A DNA stretch of 64,000 bases. It comes from Ophelia neglecta (Eukaryota). The stretch's first letter is position 1, and each line of letters starts with the position of its first letter. The DNA lies in the NCBI GenBank assembly GCA_965285935.1, contig OZ260662.1, positions 75,702,001-75,766,000 of the forward strand, read 5' to 3'. The notes beneath the pieces are model-generated. The model was given only the letters and a program-made list of their open reading frames with translations. It was not told where the DNA came from and searched no databases. Made by a program: the position numbers and the translations under genes. Of this stretch, positions 36,401 to 49,300 are shown one piece after another.

Positions 36401-38558
36401 CATTCATTTCGACAACGGCATTTGTTAATTATTGTCACACCTTATGACCTCCTGTAGCTAATTAAAGAAGTTTCTGATGTATTTAACTGCATTTGATTGA
36501 GTGTAGACTGGCTGTGGAGAAAAGCTGTGAATTGGGTTGTGCAGAATTCAGGAGATAAGGATACTGACTTTCCCAATCATGGTATTTTCCAGACTGTTTA
36601 TTCAAGAACATACTATTCACAATGCAGTCCTGTAAGCCTTGATATGTTTGTTTTGTTGGCTATGAGTCTGTTACCCAATCAGTCTAGAAGACTTCACAAT
36701 TGCATTAATGAATGAGACCCCACTTTCACACTATAGGCCCCCCTAGTCCCCAAGATCTGTGGTTCCATACGAATGAAGTTAAATAAAAAAGTCAAAAAAG
36801 TCAAATTGTGACTTTTTTGTGGTGAGGTTTAAATCATGATTTAAATCACTTGAGTTAAATCATGGCGGCCCTGGGTACAAGTCCTACCTAACATGTTCAA
36901 AGGTGGACGGGTTAGGGTTAGAGCAAGTGTTCTATTGAGCGAGTGTTCAGCTCCTTTGGCCTTGTGCAATCATAACTTAGTAATCATCTTGGAAATGACA
37001 AAGCCCAGAAACTTGTGTTTTGCTACCGAATGCTTAGAGGGGTTATGGAAATAGACTATTGAACAAATTCTATATGATGGCCAAGTGTTTGCTTGTGCAT
37101 ACCAGAGAACAATACCTAGAAATTACTTGTCCATGCTGATTGGTGAGCCACTACTAGCTTGGCATCTAATACTGTCTTGCAGGGCCCCATACAACTAACA
37201 GTATAGTGCAATCCTTGTATAATAAGAACCTATATTTGATCATGTTGTTGGATTGGAAGTCTATACCATGTGTATAAAATAAAATATATTTAGCCTAGAG
37301 TAGAGCGGTGGTATACCGAAGTTGTGAATGCAGCTTGTGTCTATTGATCAATGAATGTACTTTTAAATTAGTGAACAACTGGTCTCTGTATGTAAAAGTA
37401 TGTACATATCTTATTAATACATAATTAAAGAGTTGTAATTACAAAAAGTGGTATTGATTCTATACATTTAACCCCAAACTAAAAATTAACAGTTTGGGGC
37501 GCCCAAAACCCGCCCCAAACCTATTTGGGGCGGGACAGGTTTGGGGCAGGTTTAAACCAGGTTTGGGGCGTCCCATGCCCCAAACCTGCGATCCCTGGCT
37601 AAAATTAGGGCGCAGCTTCTAATGGACTTTTTGGTGAAATAAAGTCAGTCTAAGAATATTCACACAGAATTCTTTAGAATTGGGGATGCGGCTTTTAATA
37701 GATATGAGGCTTCTAAAGGGTCAAATACGGTAACCACTTAAAAGAAATTGGAAAAGTAGGTGAAACCTGTCAAAATTGGACACTTACGCCAAGGCTACTA
37801 TGGTTATTCAGACATTTATATTACCAATAATACAATATATATGATATTATCCTGTTTGGTATTAAAAAATATCATCCTTAGTCTTCTGTGGGTACTGATT
37901 AATAAGCTTTCATTAAGGATATATTTTGAGCATAAGCTGATTATAGATTGATGTGATTTCCCCTTGGCAGGCTGGTCACTACCACGACTGGGAGGACTAC
38001 CACGCCGACATGATTCAGGTGAGAGACAACTGTTTCCAATACAATCCGATGGGCACGGACGTGCGGCGAGACTGCGAGGAAGTCTTCTCCTTCTACCTTA
38101 ATGAGTACGACAAAGCCCTGGTCAAGTGGCAACAGGTAGGAGTCATGCATGTATGTTGACTTTTCTTACTTCTATACTTAATCATAACACTGATGTAGGA
38201 CAGTAAAATATTTTGCATGAAGCAGTTTGTGTGCTACTGCTCAGCTATTGTGAAATGACACTGCTATTAAGTAATGTTATTTTTCCTTATTTTGAAACTT
38301 GTCAAGTAGTAACCCACTATGATTTATTGGACATTAACAGAACTATAGATGATTTTAATATGACTACCATTCTATTCTGCTGATCTTAAGATGGTGTGTT
38401 ATGATATTTCATTATTGTCTTCAGATATGGTAGAATTTATATCACATGACTTATGTCTCGCCTTCCCCTTTCAGACTCATGTCGCAGCAACATCACCATC
38501 AGGGAAAAAGTTCAAACTGACCTCCAGTCCGGTAGCAAACAGGACTCCACTAAACTAG
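24452..38558 (+). CDS. EMSY: BRCA2-interacting transcriptional repressor EMSY (ENT domain) with C-terminal bromodomain; 22 coding exons, about 1257 aa
   Basis: Exons 24452-24642, 25012-25086, 25210-25385, 25476-25595, 26943-27100, 27293-27437, 28022-28135, 28466-28572, 29004-29130, 29278-29412, 29592-29884, 30106-30216, 30442-30676, 30825-31040, 31250-31314, 31450-32020, 32274-32482, 32772-33085, 33209-33291, 35006-35085, 37971-38135, 38475-38558 (3774 nt, phases consistent). ENT domain: [70 protein letters not shown]-rich middle. Bromodomain: [32 protein letters not shown]...NCFQYN. Confidence 0.92.
25726..26890 (+). mobile_element. Helentron-associated interspersed element (HINE/DINE-1-like) with an internal tandem array
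   Basis: 5' hairpin gctgtcgg/ccgacagc (25738-25757). Subterminal inverted repeat tatatccgcgaatgcg (25764) against cgcatttcgcggatata (26871). 3' hairpin atatccgc-atttc-gcggatat, a (GCG)n microsatellite at about 26837, and internal tandem repeats. Confidence 0.75.
25860..26452. repeat. Tandem array of about 90-170-bp variant units inside the HINE
   Basis: Five copies of aactaattttt..tcaggtcattaataaagt, interleaved with actagttaacttattacac and tgacctcaataataatgca blocks. A second approximately 165-bp duplication lies at about 26520-26820. Confidence 0.85.
33301..33907. mobile_element. Non-autonomous hAT-like element with 6-bp TSD, in EMSY intron 19
   Basis: TIRs cagtgtgcgaatttaac / gttaatgtcacacactg; agtacc duplicated at 33295-33300 and 33908-33913. 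Confidence 0.75.
34111..34851 (+). mobile_element. 5'-truncated LINE (CR1/L2-group 3' end)
   Basis: Degenerate RT C-terminus [31 protein letters not shown], a T-rich 3'UTR ending aataaaaatatgtttaaac, and a 12-bp TSD aagtattataac (34099-34110 and 34852-34863). Confidence 0.8.
35189..35325. repeat. Tandem duplication of about 62 bp
   Basis: gtaatctgagtacac...aaaatcaa.acccacccatgggcggaggttttctaagatcac occurs twice, plus a partial third copy. Confidence 0.8.
36110..37597. mobile_element. Non-autonomous hAT element nested in the mariner element
   Basis: TIR cagggatcgca / tgcgatccctg, 8-bp TSD gctaaaat (36102-36109 and 37598-37605), many subterminal tttggggc / gccccaaa repeats. Confidence 0.88.
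36540..36873. mobile_element. Right-end fragment of the 19013-19954 hAT family, nested in the 36110-37597 element
   Basis: Near-identical to 19594-19954 (gcagaattcaggagataag...aaatcatg..ggccctg). No left TIR or TSD was found. Confidence 0.8.
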
Positions 38559-40127
38559 TAGAGGGCAGGAAGTAGACATGCTGTATTGACATTCACAGCA
38601 GTTAGCCATGGCACATGATTTGGATTGACTAGGATTATATAAAATAGCAAAAACATTGTGGCATCAAGACACTCAGATATGTTTTAGGACAGTCCAAAGT
38701 GAATGGCATCAAGTGGATGTCATTGTACAGCATGGACTTGTGTCATACGCCTTCAATATGTGACAAAAGCTGTATCATACGGCTTCAAATTGTGACAAAA
38801 GACAATGTGTTATGAAGTCATGTCACTTCAATAATGCACACTGTATCATGATATGATACTTCAGTATTTGACAAGTACCGTGTACCATGAATTCATCCAC
38901 AGTCGCGCACAAGCTTTGTATCAAGGAAAACAAACAGGTTTCATAGTGCTGCACAACCATTGTAGCATTAAACCAATCAGAGGTCATAATATGACACAAA
39001 CTTATTAATATGAAGTCATGTGGATGTTAATTATGTAACCAGCATTTCATGAAGGAATACAGATTGCTTGGAAGTGCAAGAACACAGTTATCATGGAGAA
39101 AACCTGTTTATTATTGTCAATTCCTCCGTTTACTTTAGTCAGCTCGTTAAAGGATACAATACTGTTCATATAGAATAATGTTTTTATTTAAATAAGTGCA
39201 TTATTCATTTTTTATTAGCATGTTCGTGCAAGGTTCTACATTTCTACAACTTGTAAACTATCAGGTGAACAAACCATTATCAGTCCTCCTTCATTTATTC
39301 TCATTTGTATGATTCATTGAGTCGTTATCATCCTGTACATCGTAGACACATGTAAATATATGTAAATATCTCAATGATGCACTTATTTTTAGTGACTATT
39401 ACAATCAAACAGTTGGTTGAAGATGTTCTGTTATTTGTATATATATATACCTGATGGTAAACAATGAGCAACTTTGACATACAAATCTTTGTAAGTGGCA
39501 AATTGTACAAGTTGTATAAGGACGTTTTTAAAGCAATATAAATTCTATGTTAAGTTGATCGAAAATCGCAGTAGAGTTTGAAAATGTAAATTTCTCTGTT
39601 CTGATAAAAATATTTCCGTATGTCTACTGGTTTACTTTAATATCACGTTGCCATAACAGTTTCGATCAAGATTATATTTGAATTATGGAAAATAAATTGA
39701 CTTCTGTATATTTAGATTTTAATAACTGCCTGATATTCCACTGCCATGTTACCAACCTGCATTGTATCTGTGTGAATGCAATCATAAATGAATTAAACAA
39801 CTCCTTGTATTTCATATAAAATGGTATTTAATTTAATTTATTACCTATGTACAACCAAGCAAACATCATTAAATATATTTTAAAAACAATGGGTACTTTG
39901 CAAATAATTCAAGTTTTGTTCAAATATGATCAAAAGTTTGACCGTTAATTCTGCTTATGAAGACTTAATACAATTGATTTAAATTCAATGCCCAATGTTG
40001 TTCCTTGCAGTGTGATTTGCTGCAGGTCAAAGGTTAAGTTTATAAATAAACTGCATCAGTAGGAGCTTGTGTTGTTGGCAACTCAATCTGCCCCATAGAA
40101 ACCAGTCCTGTTAAATATATTATTGGA

Positions 40128-43100
40128 TCATATCCAGAAGCCTAACTGTTCGGTGTGCCCATTCCCAGGCGTGGCAGAGTCCTGGCTCTCGCCCTTGGGC
40201 TCATCTAGTTCACGATCTTCTGGAACTTCTTTGAACGTTACTCGCTTCTGAACTTTTGGTTTTGAAAACACATTCCTAGAAGTAGTACAACCGCCTTCCC
40301 GATTGTTAACCCGTGCCTCCTGACCGTATGTCCACAAAGTGCTAGTAGTGCTTGCAGCTAATACTACTTTGGGTTTTGGAGCCAGCGGTGGAGGTGTTTT
40401 TAATCTATCAGGGAGTGGCCGTTCGTCCATATTTTGGCCGGCAACAACAGGTTGAACCATATCACAGTTTTCCTGAGTATTGGCAGAGAGTGTACCGTGG
40501 GCACCGATCCCTCTCGACGGGTAATTATGTCGTATTTCCCTCTGCTTGAGGGATTCTAAAAAACTATCCACACTTTCTTTGGTATTGTCTTCACAATCAA
40601 CTTTATCCTGTGGTATTTCAGCAGAATTCGTATAACTTTGATCGGCGTCCTTGCTGTGATTATTAGACGAACTAATGCTGTTTAAAGTTCTAGGAAAAGA
40701 TTGTGTAGTTTCAAACAAGTGTAGTGAGTATGAACTCGTATATTGTTGGTTTGGTCCTGTCTCCCTATTAGGGTCTTCTTGCGTTTGTTGGTTAGGAGAT
40801 AAGTCGCAACTCCTTTTCCTTTCAGTTTTGTTGGCTACTAGGTCGCCGCAGTCTATCGCGTATTCTCTGATTGACTCCAGGTCAGAGTGATCTACTCCTT
40901 CAAAATACCCTGACTCTTGTTTGGGAGAGCTCTCCTCGGAGGAGGTGACTGAATGGCCCTTTTGTCTATGGTCGATATGACTCTGTGGAGCGTGAAACTC
41001 GAATGGTCCCAAGTAATCACTATTGCTCGCACTTGATTGGCTCTCCCAGGGTGAGTCGGGAGGTGAATCCGGCACGCTGTTTTTCATGAATAAACTTCCC
41101 TTTTCACCAAGTTTCTTCATGGCATCTATTGCAATGTCAGTGAGCACGTCGTGTCTGACACCTTCTATAAAACCCGAGTCGGTTCTTTGGTGTAATGATT
41201 TGGTAATCGGCCGGAAACTTGATCCCGGCCCCGAATAACTGAATTTGCTCTTGGCCTGTTTTGGCCGCGTTCGTGTTCTACGTTTCCGGTGCTCGGTTTT
41301 TGGGGACTTGCAGGACACATCGGAGCTCGATTTGGGCTCCTCCGCCGGCGGCCCTACCCTGGGACTGAGCCGATGAATGGATTCTACCTCGCGTAACCGA
41401 GACAAGTGTCTTGTTCCATTATTTGTTCGAACTTGGGCTACTTCCAGAAACACCTGATTTCCGTCCAAGTCTCGCGTGCTCCATCTGGAGCCCGCAACGT
41501 GAGAGCACGTGATGGGAAGCAGGGGAGCCAGACTGGCCACATCCGGTACCCTAATGTTAAGAGCGGTTCGTCGCGTTTGACTGGGCACGACGCCCCGGGG
41601 AAGTTTCTTCAGAGCAAACTGCACGTCGTAGTGCACGTGGCTTTCCAATGTGAAAACACAGAAATCCAATTTGACAAACTCCGGATCCTGCCCTAACAGT
41701 AACTTATAAAGATTAATGGTGTCCTGCCAGTTGTGTGACGTGACAAACCTCACAATGCGGACGTGTTCTCCGCCGCAGTGGATCTGTCGCACGGAGCAGA
41801 GCGGAAGATCCTCCGACGGGAGGAAGTAGTCGTGGCTGTTGTACTCGTACGCCTGAATGTGATAGGCGGACACCCACTCGCTGTGGTGGAACTTCCACGG
41901 CGGCCGCTCAAAATACCTTTTAGCTTTCGAGAGACGATCGTTTCCGATCATTTCCTCTTCCTGTAGAAATATAATGATGGCCAGCGATGGCATCTCTAAT
42001 GTACTCCCAAGACGTACCGGCTCAAGAATATCACCCATGACATCATCATTGTCCACACACTCAAATATACCGATGTTTGGGTCTATCCATCCGAGAAACG
42101 GTTTGTACAGATTAACCAGCTCGTCTGGGTTCTCACTGGGCGAGAGAAACAGGAGGCTCATCATTGGCTGTGGAGGATTTGTCGCCGGAAGTGACGCGGT
42201 CAGAGACGTCATATCCGAGAAGCTGGTATCGACGGTATCGGTGTCGGAGCAGACGGCTACTGGCCGGTCGGACCATTCTTCTCGGATGCTCGCACAGAGC
42301 ATGACCTTCTTTGCGCCAGCTGAAAACAGACAGCATATAAATTGTTAGGCCTAACATAAAATATTATGAAATTGTGCCTTCCGTTTATCATTTCAATGAT
42401 AATTTAGTTCCACCCATTTAACAAAATTTCACTTCCATACCTATAGCTATGAGCTCTTGAATGCCATCAAAGACATGTAGGCTTTCAGACAATAGACTGA
42501 AGGTATAGATTTATGTCAACCTTCTAAAACTACTGGAGTAAACTCGAATTTGAAAATATTATTGTTTTCTCGTGCACACTGCTAAATAGACCAACAATAA
42601 CTGCACTTTTACCAGGCACTTTATAATTATACCACAAATAGACCTTAGGCCTAATTGTCGATGCGAATTCAGAAAAGACCGTTTCACATTTTTTGTGACC
42701 TTTCCGTCTGTAAACCTTGGCCACGGCAAACTTTTTTTGGATTTTATTGCCAGTATGGGTGCATAAGCACCAAGTTACTGAGAGGGACTTGTCAGAATAA
42801 CCTAAAAATTATCAAAGCTGGCTACATGACGGCCAGCATGTTTGAGACGCCGAGGAGCTGGAAAATTCATGGGCCTTAAATTTGTACCCTTACATGGGTC
42901 GTAACTTTACGAATTTACTGTGTACAGACGCATTCGCAAAATATAACGGAAGTTTCTAATACCATGATCGCATCAGTCCCACATGCAGCTGGTCTTTCAC
43001 GCAATTAACCTTACATACAATACAAAAATCAACTCATCTATAGAAATCATTCGCTTTTACTACTAACATTATGTGCTATTGTATATATATACAGGGAAGC

Positions 43101-46100
43101 TTCTGACTCTTTCTAGAAGACCAATGACATCTGCCCAAACTCTCATGGCTTTTGAGTTGTTTAATACATTCTATAGTATTGTCTGTCGATCGATTAAGCT
43201 CAGTGCTCGTTTCCTCGAGATATCGGTCTACAGTAAACTGTATTTATTTTTCGCTCAGAAAATCTCCACTGGGGCTTTCCTCATTGGTTGCCCGTGTAGG
43301 GTATTAATTTTAATTTATCATCGGAATTCTTTCATGTTTTCATAATATGTTCTCCAAAAAGAAATTTTCCAGACCACGCGGTGGAACGCTTGCAGAGACT
43401 TGAAGGCAGTATTGCTACAGCTTGCCTCTATCCAGCTGTTGGAAGTCCTTTGACTGTTACGTCATAGTCGTGTCTGTTCACAGAACAATGATAATAATTA
43501 TTATAGATCTATCTAAACCGGCAGTTTATTTTCGTAGCAATCGATGGACTTGCCATATTAGATACGGAATACTATATTTAACTGAGTGGCCTGGTCAGCC
43601 GCCAACAGCCGTGCGCCTTTTCTGATTCCCATATAATTCAAACCTCCGGTCGATTTCTTCTTCGATAAAAGTATTGAATGTGCTTGGTGACATTTGTATG
43701 TCCAGTTATATGTTGTCATGTCAACTAAGAGGTCAACTTGTTCCGGTACCATCGTAACCCATTAAGAATTGGCCGATTTGTGCCAAATTTGCTCTACAAT
43801 GCGTTATTATGTGATGATAAGCTTTTAGAGATTAAGTTTCACAAAAGTATGCTACCATAACAACAATAACCAAAAACCGACACATTTCGTTAGCTACGTC
43901 ACTTGTGTGCAACTTCTTTATTTAAGGAGTTGTACGTCAGAAATAGGAAATGCTGTTTTAAATCTGATGGTGACCTTGACCTCTTTGTTTATTATCAAAT
44001 CACTTAAATCTATTAATTGTTTTCACCAGTGTACGTTTAGAAGTGGGCATAAGTAAGTGATTCACTAAGTACATGTACTTTGGACACAACGGCCATAGTA
44101 CATCGGTCACCCGGGTATAAATAATGATCTTAACATTGACCGCAAGGTCAATCTAGTGACGTTTAAACGGCTTAAAGGGTATAATGCTTTAAGAAAGAGA
44201 ACACTAAAGTTTAAGTTCAAAGGTGTTGAAAATACGTGCTCGACATCATAAAGTTCGCTTCAGGTGGCCAATGCATTTTAAACGTCTTCAATTACAACTG
44301 TTTAATATTCTCGTTTTTTCTCTATTCCAATTTGTTTGACTTAACCAGCATTCTTCCAATTAAGACGAGCTGCCGCGAATAAAACATTATAAATTATTTT
44401 AGGTCTACATGTTTAGTTAATATTTATTTTATCTTTTTTTATGAAGGTGCACCTAAACTATAAATGTAATGTTTCATTAACAGTTCTAAGAAGAAACTTT
44501 TTTCGGTGATTTTATCCAAGATGGAACGAATGTTGTTGTGTTCACTGTTATTTTGTACTATCACAATACATATTGTATCGTTTCGAGGGCACAACTTACA
44601 ATGGGGTTCAATCGTTATCGCTAGATAATTAGTATAACTGATAATAACTGTAATCTCAATCAAGATAAATGTTCAAGCACAAGAGCTTAACGTCGTTTTC
44701 AAGTCTAATAGTTACAGTGTGATAACCACTTCAGAATCCATTATTTATATGTCATAATCAGTCAAACCCTGGTTGAAAACACGGACTGGGTTCATAAAAT
44801 AATTATGTCGCTACAGCGTACTTTTTACAGACATTTCTTCTAAAGTGTGCTCAACATTGCTTAACTGTTCGAAGTTCTGATGTAGAACAAGCCTATACAA
44901 CTATGGTCGAATTGAAAGAGGTAAATAGGCCTTACAAGTGTTATAGTTGGAAGATTTTTGCTAACTCTATGAATAGTAATGAAAACCATTCTGACTATAG
45001 TTTCCATAGAGGCTAATCTCCATCGCTAAGTAATGAGATAGTGGGAGTTGGAAGCAGATGGAAAGAAACCGTAAAAGGCGGACGGGCAAGATGAACGACG
45101 GTAGAAAGCATGTTTCCATCTGTTCAAATGTATATAGACTTGATAAAACATTTCATTATTGAATAAAGTCATGTTTCATGTGACTTTTGTGTTTGTCATT
45201 TTTATCTCGTCTTTAGTTAAGCCTATACAAAGCTGTATTTTGATGTTGGTTGGCTCTGCATTGCACAGTTAACACTCCGAGGAGGCCATAAAGGTTATGT
45301 ACTAGGCCTATAGCTAATATTCCGTCCCAGAGCCAAGAATAAGGCTGACGGTATTCAGCTTTCCTTTTTCTGTGTATACGTGAGCTTGTTGGGGGACAGA
45401 TCCTACAGTTTTCGTTTTAGAAAGTGGTCGATTCATATTTGCCTTCAACCATACATTGTACAAAAACAAATACCACCACTGAGTCGCGAAAAGACTAATG
45501 GAGATTAGACGGCTTAAATCAATACTTCTGGTACATTCCTTTTTAATCTCTGTCATTTCAGACACACAGAACATTCCTGAATGCCGGATAATCCATTTGC
45601 GGATCAGTAAACCTCAATCAATTGCCAAGAATGCTTAACAAATATAAGTTCTAAAAGGCATAGCTTTGGAGTCAGTTTTAAATTATGGATAATGATTAGT
45701 CATATAGACCAGGGTTTTATCAATTCGTAGGGAGTTCCAAGTTATAATGCTGCCCAGCTTTTCATCCACATTTTTTAACTTTCTCTTTATTAGTAGGCAA
45801 ACGATCTGGTTTTTTTGCATGAACTAACGTCGACAATGTTGATTGATTGTCTTGAAACTTCCAAAGATCAATGGCTTATATCGATCTTGTTGTTTTGATT
45901 GATTTTGGTCCTTCAAAGCACACGATAAGCATATTAATTATATTAATGATAAAGCCTAGAGCAGATCGAGAACATTTCGTTTTGGAACATGTGACTCAAA
46001 ACATTGGTCTCAGTGAAAGTGTTAAAGAATATCAGTATAATTATGTAATTTATGCTACATTTCACTGTTCCATTACGAGGCCCAGAGCGATTGTTGTCTT

Positions 46101-46358
46101 ACAAAGAATCTATTTTCTCCTTAAAAACACAATGTTACCCTGAATCTTGTTCTTACCTTCACTTGACGAACATGAGGATATCCCACTGCTGGTACTGTTA
46201 TTGGTCGACTCGTTGCCTCGACGTGATCTGAAATGAAAATATTGCTCGGTAAATCCGTCTCCGATCCATATAGTACTCTCGAATAGTGACACAATATATG
46301 TGCACAGAAATGTCTGTGCTTACCGTTGAAAGTCCGCTGAATTATGTAGGAAATTCAT
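40128..46358 (-). CDS. FAM124A: FAM124 family protein (FAM124A/B-like), 3 coding exons, about 765 aa
   Basis: Exons 46358-46324 (MNFLHNSADFQ), 46227-46157 (RSRRGNESTNNSTSSGISSCSSSE) and 42319-40128; phases match. FAM124 motifs PSLAIIIFLQEE, PPWKFHHSE, YNSHDYF, VRQIH.G, KLDFCVF, VQFALKKLP, LAPLLP, RWSTRDLDGN. Long low-complexity C-terminus. The two small 5' exons are less certain, and A versus B orthology cannot be resolved. Confidence 0.82.
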
Positions 46359-49300
46359 GTCAAATTCATTCGGGATTCGAAATGATAACCCACTAAAGCT
46401 TATACATTCCAGATTTTTTTAACAAAATGCGAGTCTTTCACACTTTATTCTCCTGGTATTATTCTGCAAAGAATGCCATGTGAGGTATGCAGGGACTCCT
46501 AAGAGTCGACCGCGGTGCGGTCAATCTCACATCCGGTCTGTGGTTGTTATAAATATCCACTTCCTGAGAGAAAATCATGTCTTAATATAATTTGTTTACA
46601 CGTATTCAGAAAAGTTGTTGTTCTTTAGAGTTATTTCCATTTAAATCGGTTATTTCAACATTGTTCCCCTACAACCTAGTTTTCCGTAGTGCTATTATTG
46701 ATAACACAACCTAAATTCCAAAAGGTATACAATTGTAATATAATACTAAATGCATCTAGTGAGCTTCATTATCCACTTACAACATAGAAATGATACTAAG
46801 CTCATTAAATATTTCCCCAATAACCCCTAAATAGGGGATTACATAGGAGATTAAATAGGAGATAAAGGGACAAAATAAGCTTCTTATAACCGATAGGCCA
46901 TATCTATAACTGTAAATACCTATAACTTTAAATAACTATAACTACAATTTTATCATTTCTAAAGACAATCCGATGTTAATTTTTCCATAATTTTTCTTCG
47001 GTATAATACACTGACATGCACTATGGAAGATAACGGTCGTAGGAATCAATTATTTAAGACGGAAACAGACAATCATGGTAAAAAATTAGAAAGTTCGAGT
47101 AAATGAATGCCACATTATAGAATGTTAAACCAGGCAAACCGCGTTCGGCTATTGAAGTTTATTTACTGGTCTAGCATAATCCAGTCTGCATTCAGAGAGT
47201 ACTTGAGAACCTCACCTATAAAGACGTATTGCCAGGAGGTATTGGATAACTTTTACCTACTATGAGCTAGGCTAACTACACCCGCCAAAATAAAATCCCG
47301 TACACTCCATACCGCGGACGGTTTGTCGCAGTATATAAAAAACCCGTCCGGGGGGGGGGGGGGGGGGACCTGCTGTACCTGCAGCTGCTCTTGTTTGAGT
47401 ATTGCCTTCGAACATTTTCCATCACGTTCGGTTTCTGCATTCTTTTGCAAAACTCGAATATGGAAATCTTTAATGGAGAATCAACTTGTGAATAGCTGCA
47501 CACTTATTTGTGGTAAAAAGATATTCAGGTGGAGTTAATGTTTAACTGTCCAGCATTATGAATAACTTATTTATTATATTTTCAAGAATATTACCATAAA
47601 TATGGTAATATTACGAAATTCGTCTTGTTTAAAAGAGGAAAAAGGTCGATGGCATATGCCCGATAGTTTGAAAACCAGGGGCACGCTAGTAGTAGGCTTA
47701 TATGCATACGACGGTCATTGTTATAGTCCGTTGGTGAAACCTGTGAATTAATTAAGACCACCCAAGGGACTGTTATAAATACTAGTCTGTTTAGCAAGAT
47801 GGTCTGTTAAGACAGGTTATTTTACATTGAAAGTTTACAGTGTGGTCTTCATAAACGTGGTCCGAATTGACAGGCGCAATGCCTAGTCTTAATATAGAGG
47901 TGGTCCTTGAAAACAGGTTTCACTCTATATATTAAGAACGCAATACTAAATACCCGGGTAATGTCGTGAGAGCCTTCATAATGTTCATGGCACGCATATA
48001 GTAAGGTGACAGAAATAGGGGTGTTATTTATTGAATACATTAAAAATAAACTCATAAATATTGCCTGACTTCACGGAGCCACTATGAACCACGAGTTAGC
48101 CTCCAGCAAGTGATATACTCGGCCTATCCAGTATGTCCAGCCTGGGGTAACTTCACTTGATTCTAACCAGGACAGAACTTCGTATAATTATAACAGCCAA
48201 TAATTGCACAATATTGCTTACTATCCAACTAGCATAACAAGTTAATGAACAAAAATATCAGAATAATACAACTCACACCTTCACCGATTCTAAGTGCTTT
48301 CTGCAACTAGCTATTTAGCAGGCCCTGGGCAAACCAATTAGTGTTAGCAAATGGTATAGCAACTTTAAATGGTACGTTATTGTTCCCCGGTAGGCCTATA
48401 CTGTATCGGATGAATGATAACAATCAAAAAATTTGCTGTAACTGGTTATACATGCACGTCTAATAAAATACTTCAGTTTCGATACAATCTTATCTGTGAA
48501 CACACATCTATCGAGACCTAATTGCACATCATTTCTATCTAAGATTAACACATTTAGATCAACGGATAATAATTATCGGCCTTACCATAAGGTTTGTCCA
48601 AAACAAAACCACATGTAACGGTGTGACGACAAGAATAACTATATAGGCCCATTGTGAAATTGTCTTATAACACAGGGCGTGTGTCATGTCATACAGTTAT
48701 TTAGTGTTTATATAAATAAAGTCCCCGGCATATCAAGATAACTTGACAGTAGTTCCTTGTTTGATAAACGCAATTCACTAAAAAAATTACCACAACTATC
48801 AGGTGTATATAGTCAAGTAATATGGGGGTGGAATTCAAGTCAAGGAATCAAAGCCTAGATATCTCCCTTTGAAAGGTCTACCTGTCGTTCCCACGATATC
48901 TATTACCTGTACCTTTATACACGACTGTAGCCAGGTAGACATAATCTAGTCTTCCATGGAAGCTACTTTTCTGGGTTTAATAAATCATATCGTGTTGTAA
49001 TGCCCTATATCTTAGGGGCACGTCAGATGGTATCGGCGCTACTTCCGAGAACTTAATATTTTAATTGTCCAGCTTCAGGTTTATCGTAAAATTTGAATCG
49101 ACAGATTACGAGCTGTCACTTAGGCTAAATTTTGATAGGCCTACCGTGGTGGAAAACATATTCGACGAAAATAGCACGCTGTTTATATACAAACAAGTAA
49201 TGATATTAGCGAAACCTACCTTAACACAACCTCTAGGCCATACAATTTAAGGCTGAAATAACTACGTTTAAAGTTTTTGAAAGCTTAGATGTTGACAGCT

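Larger units (their letters stand above)
35346..37730. mobile_element. Non-autonomous Tc1/mariner (pogo-like) element hosting nested insertions
   Basis: Perfect TIR ccgtatttgaccctttagaagcc / ggcttctaaagggtcaaatacgg with TA on both flanks. Confidence 0.88.

Noticed and set aside
40352-42348. Plus-strand ORFs over FAM124
   Set aside because: Antisense shadows of the long coding exon.
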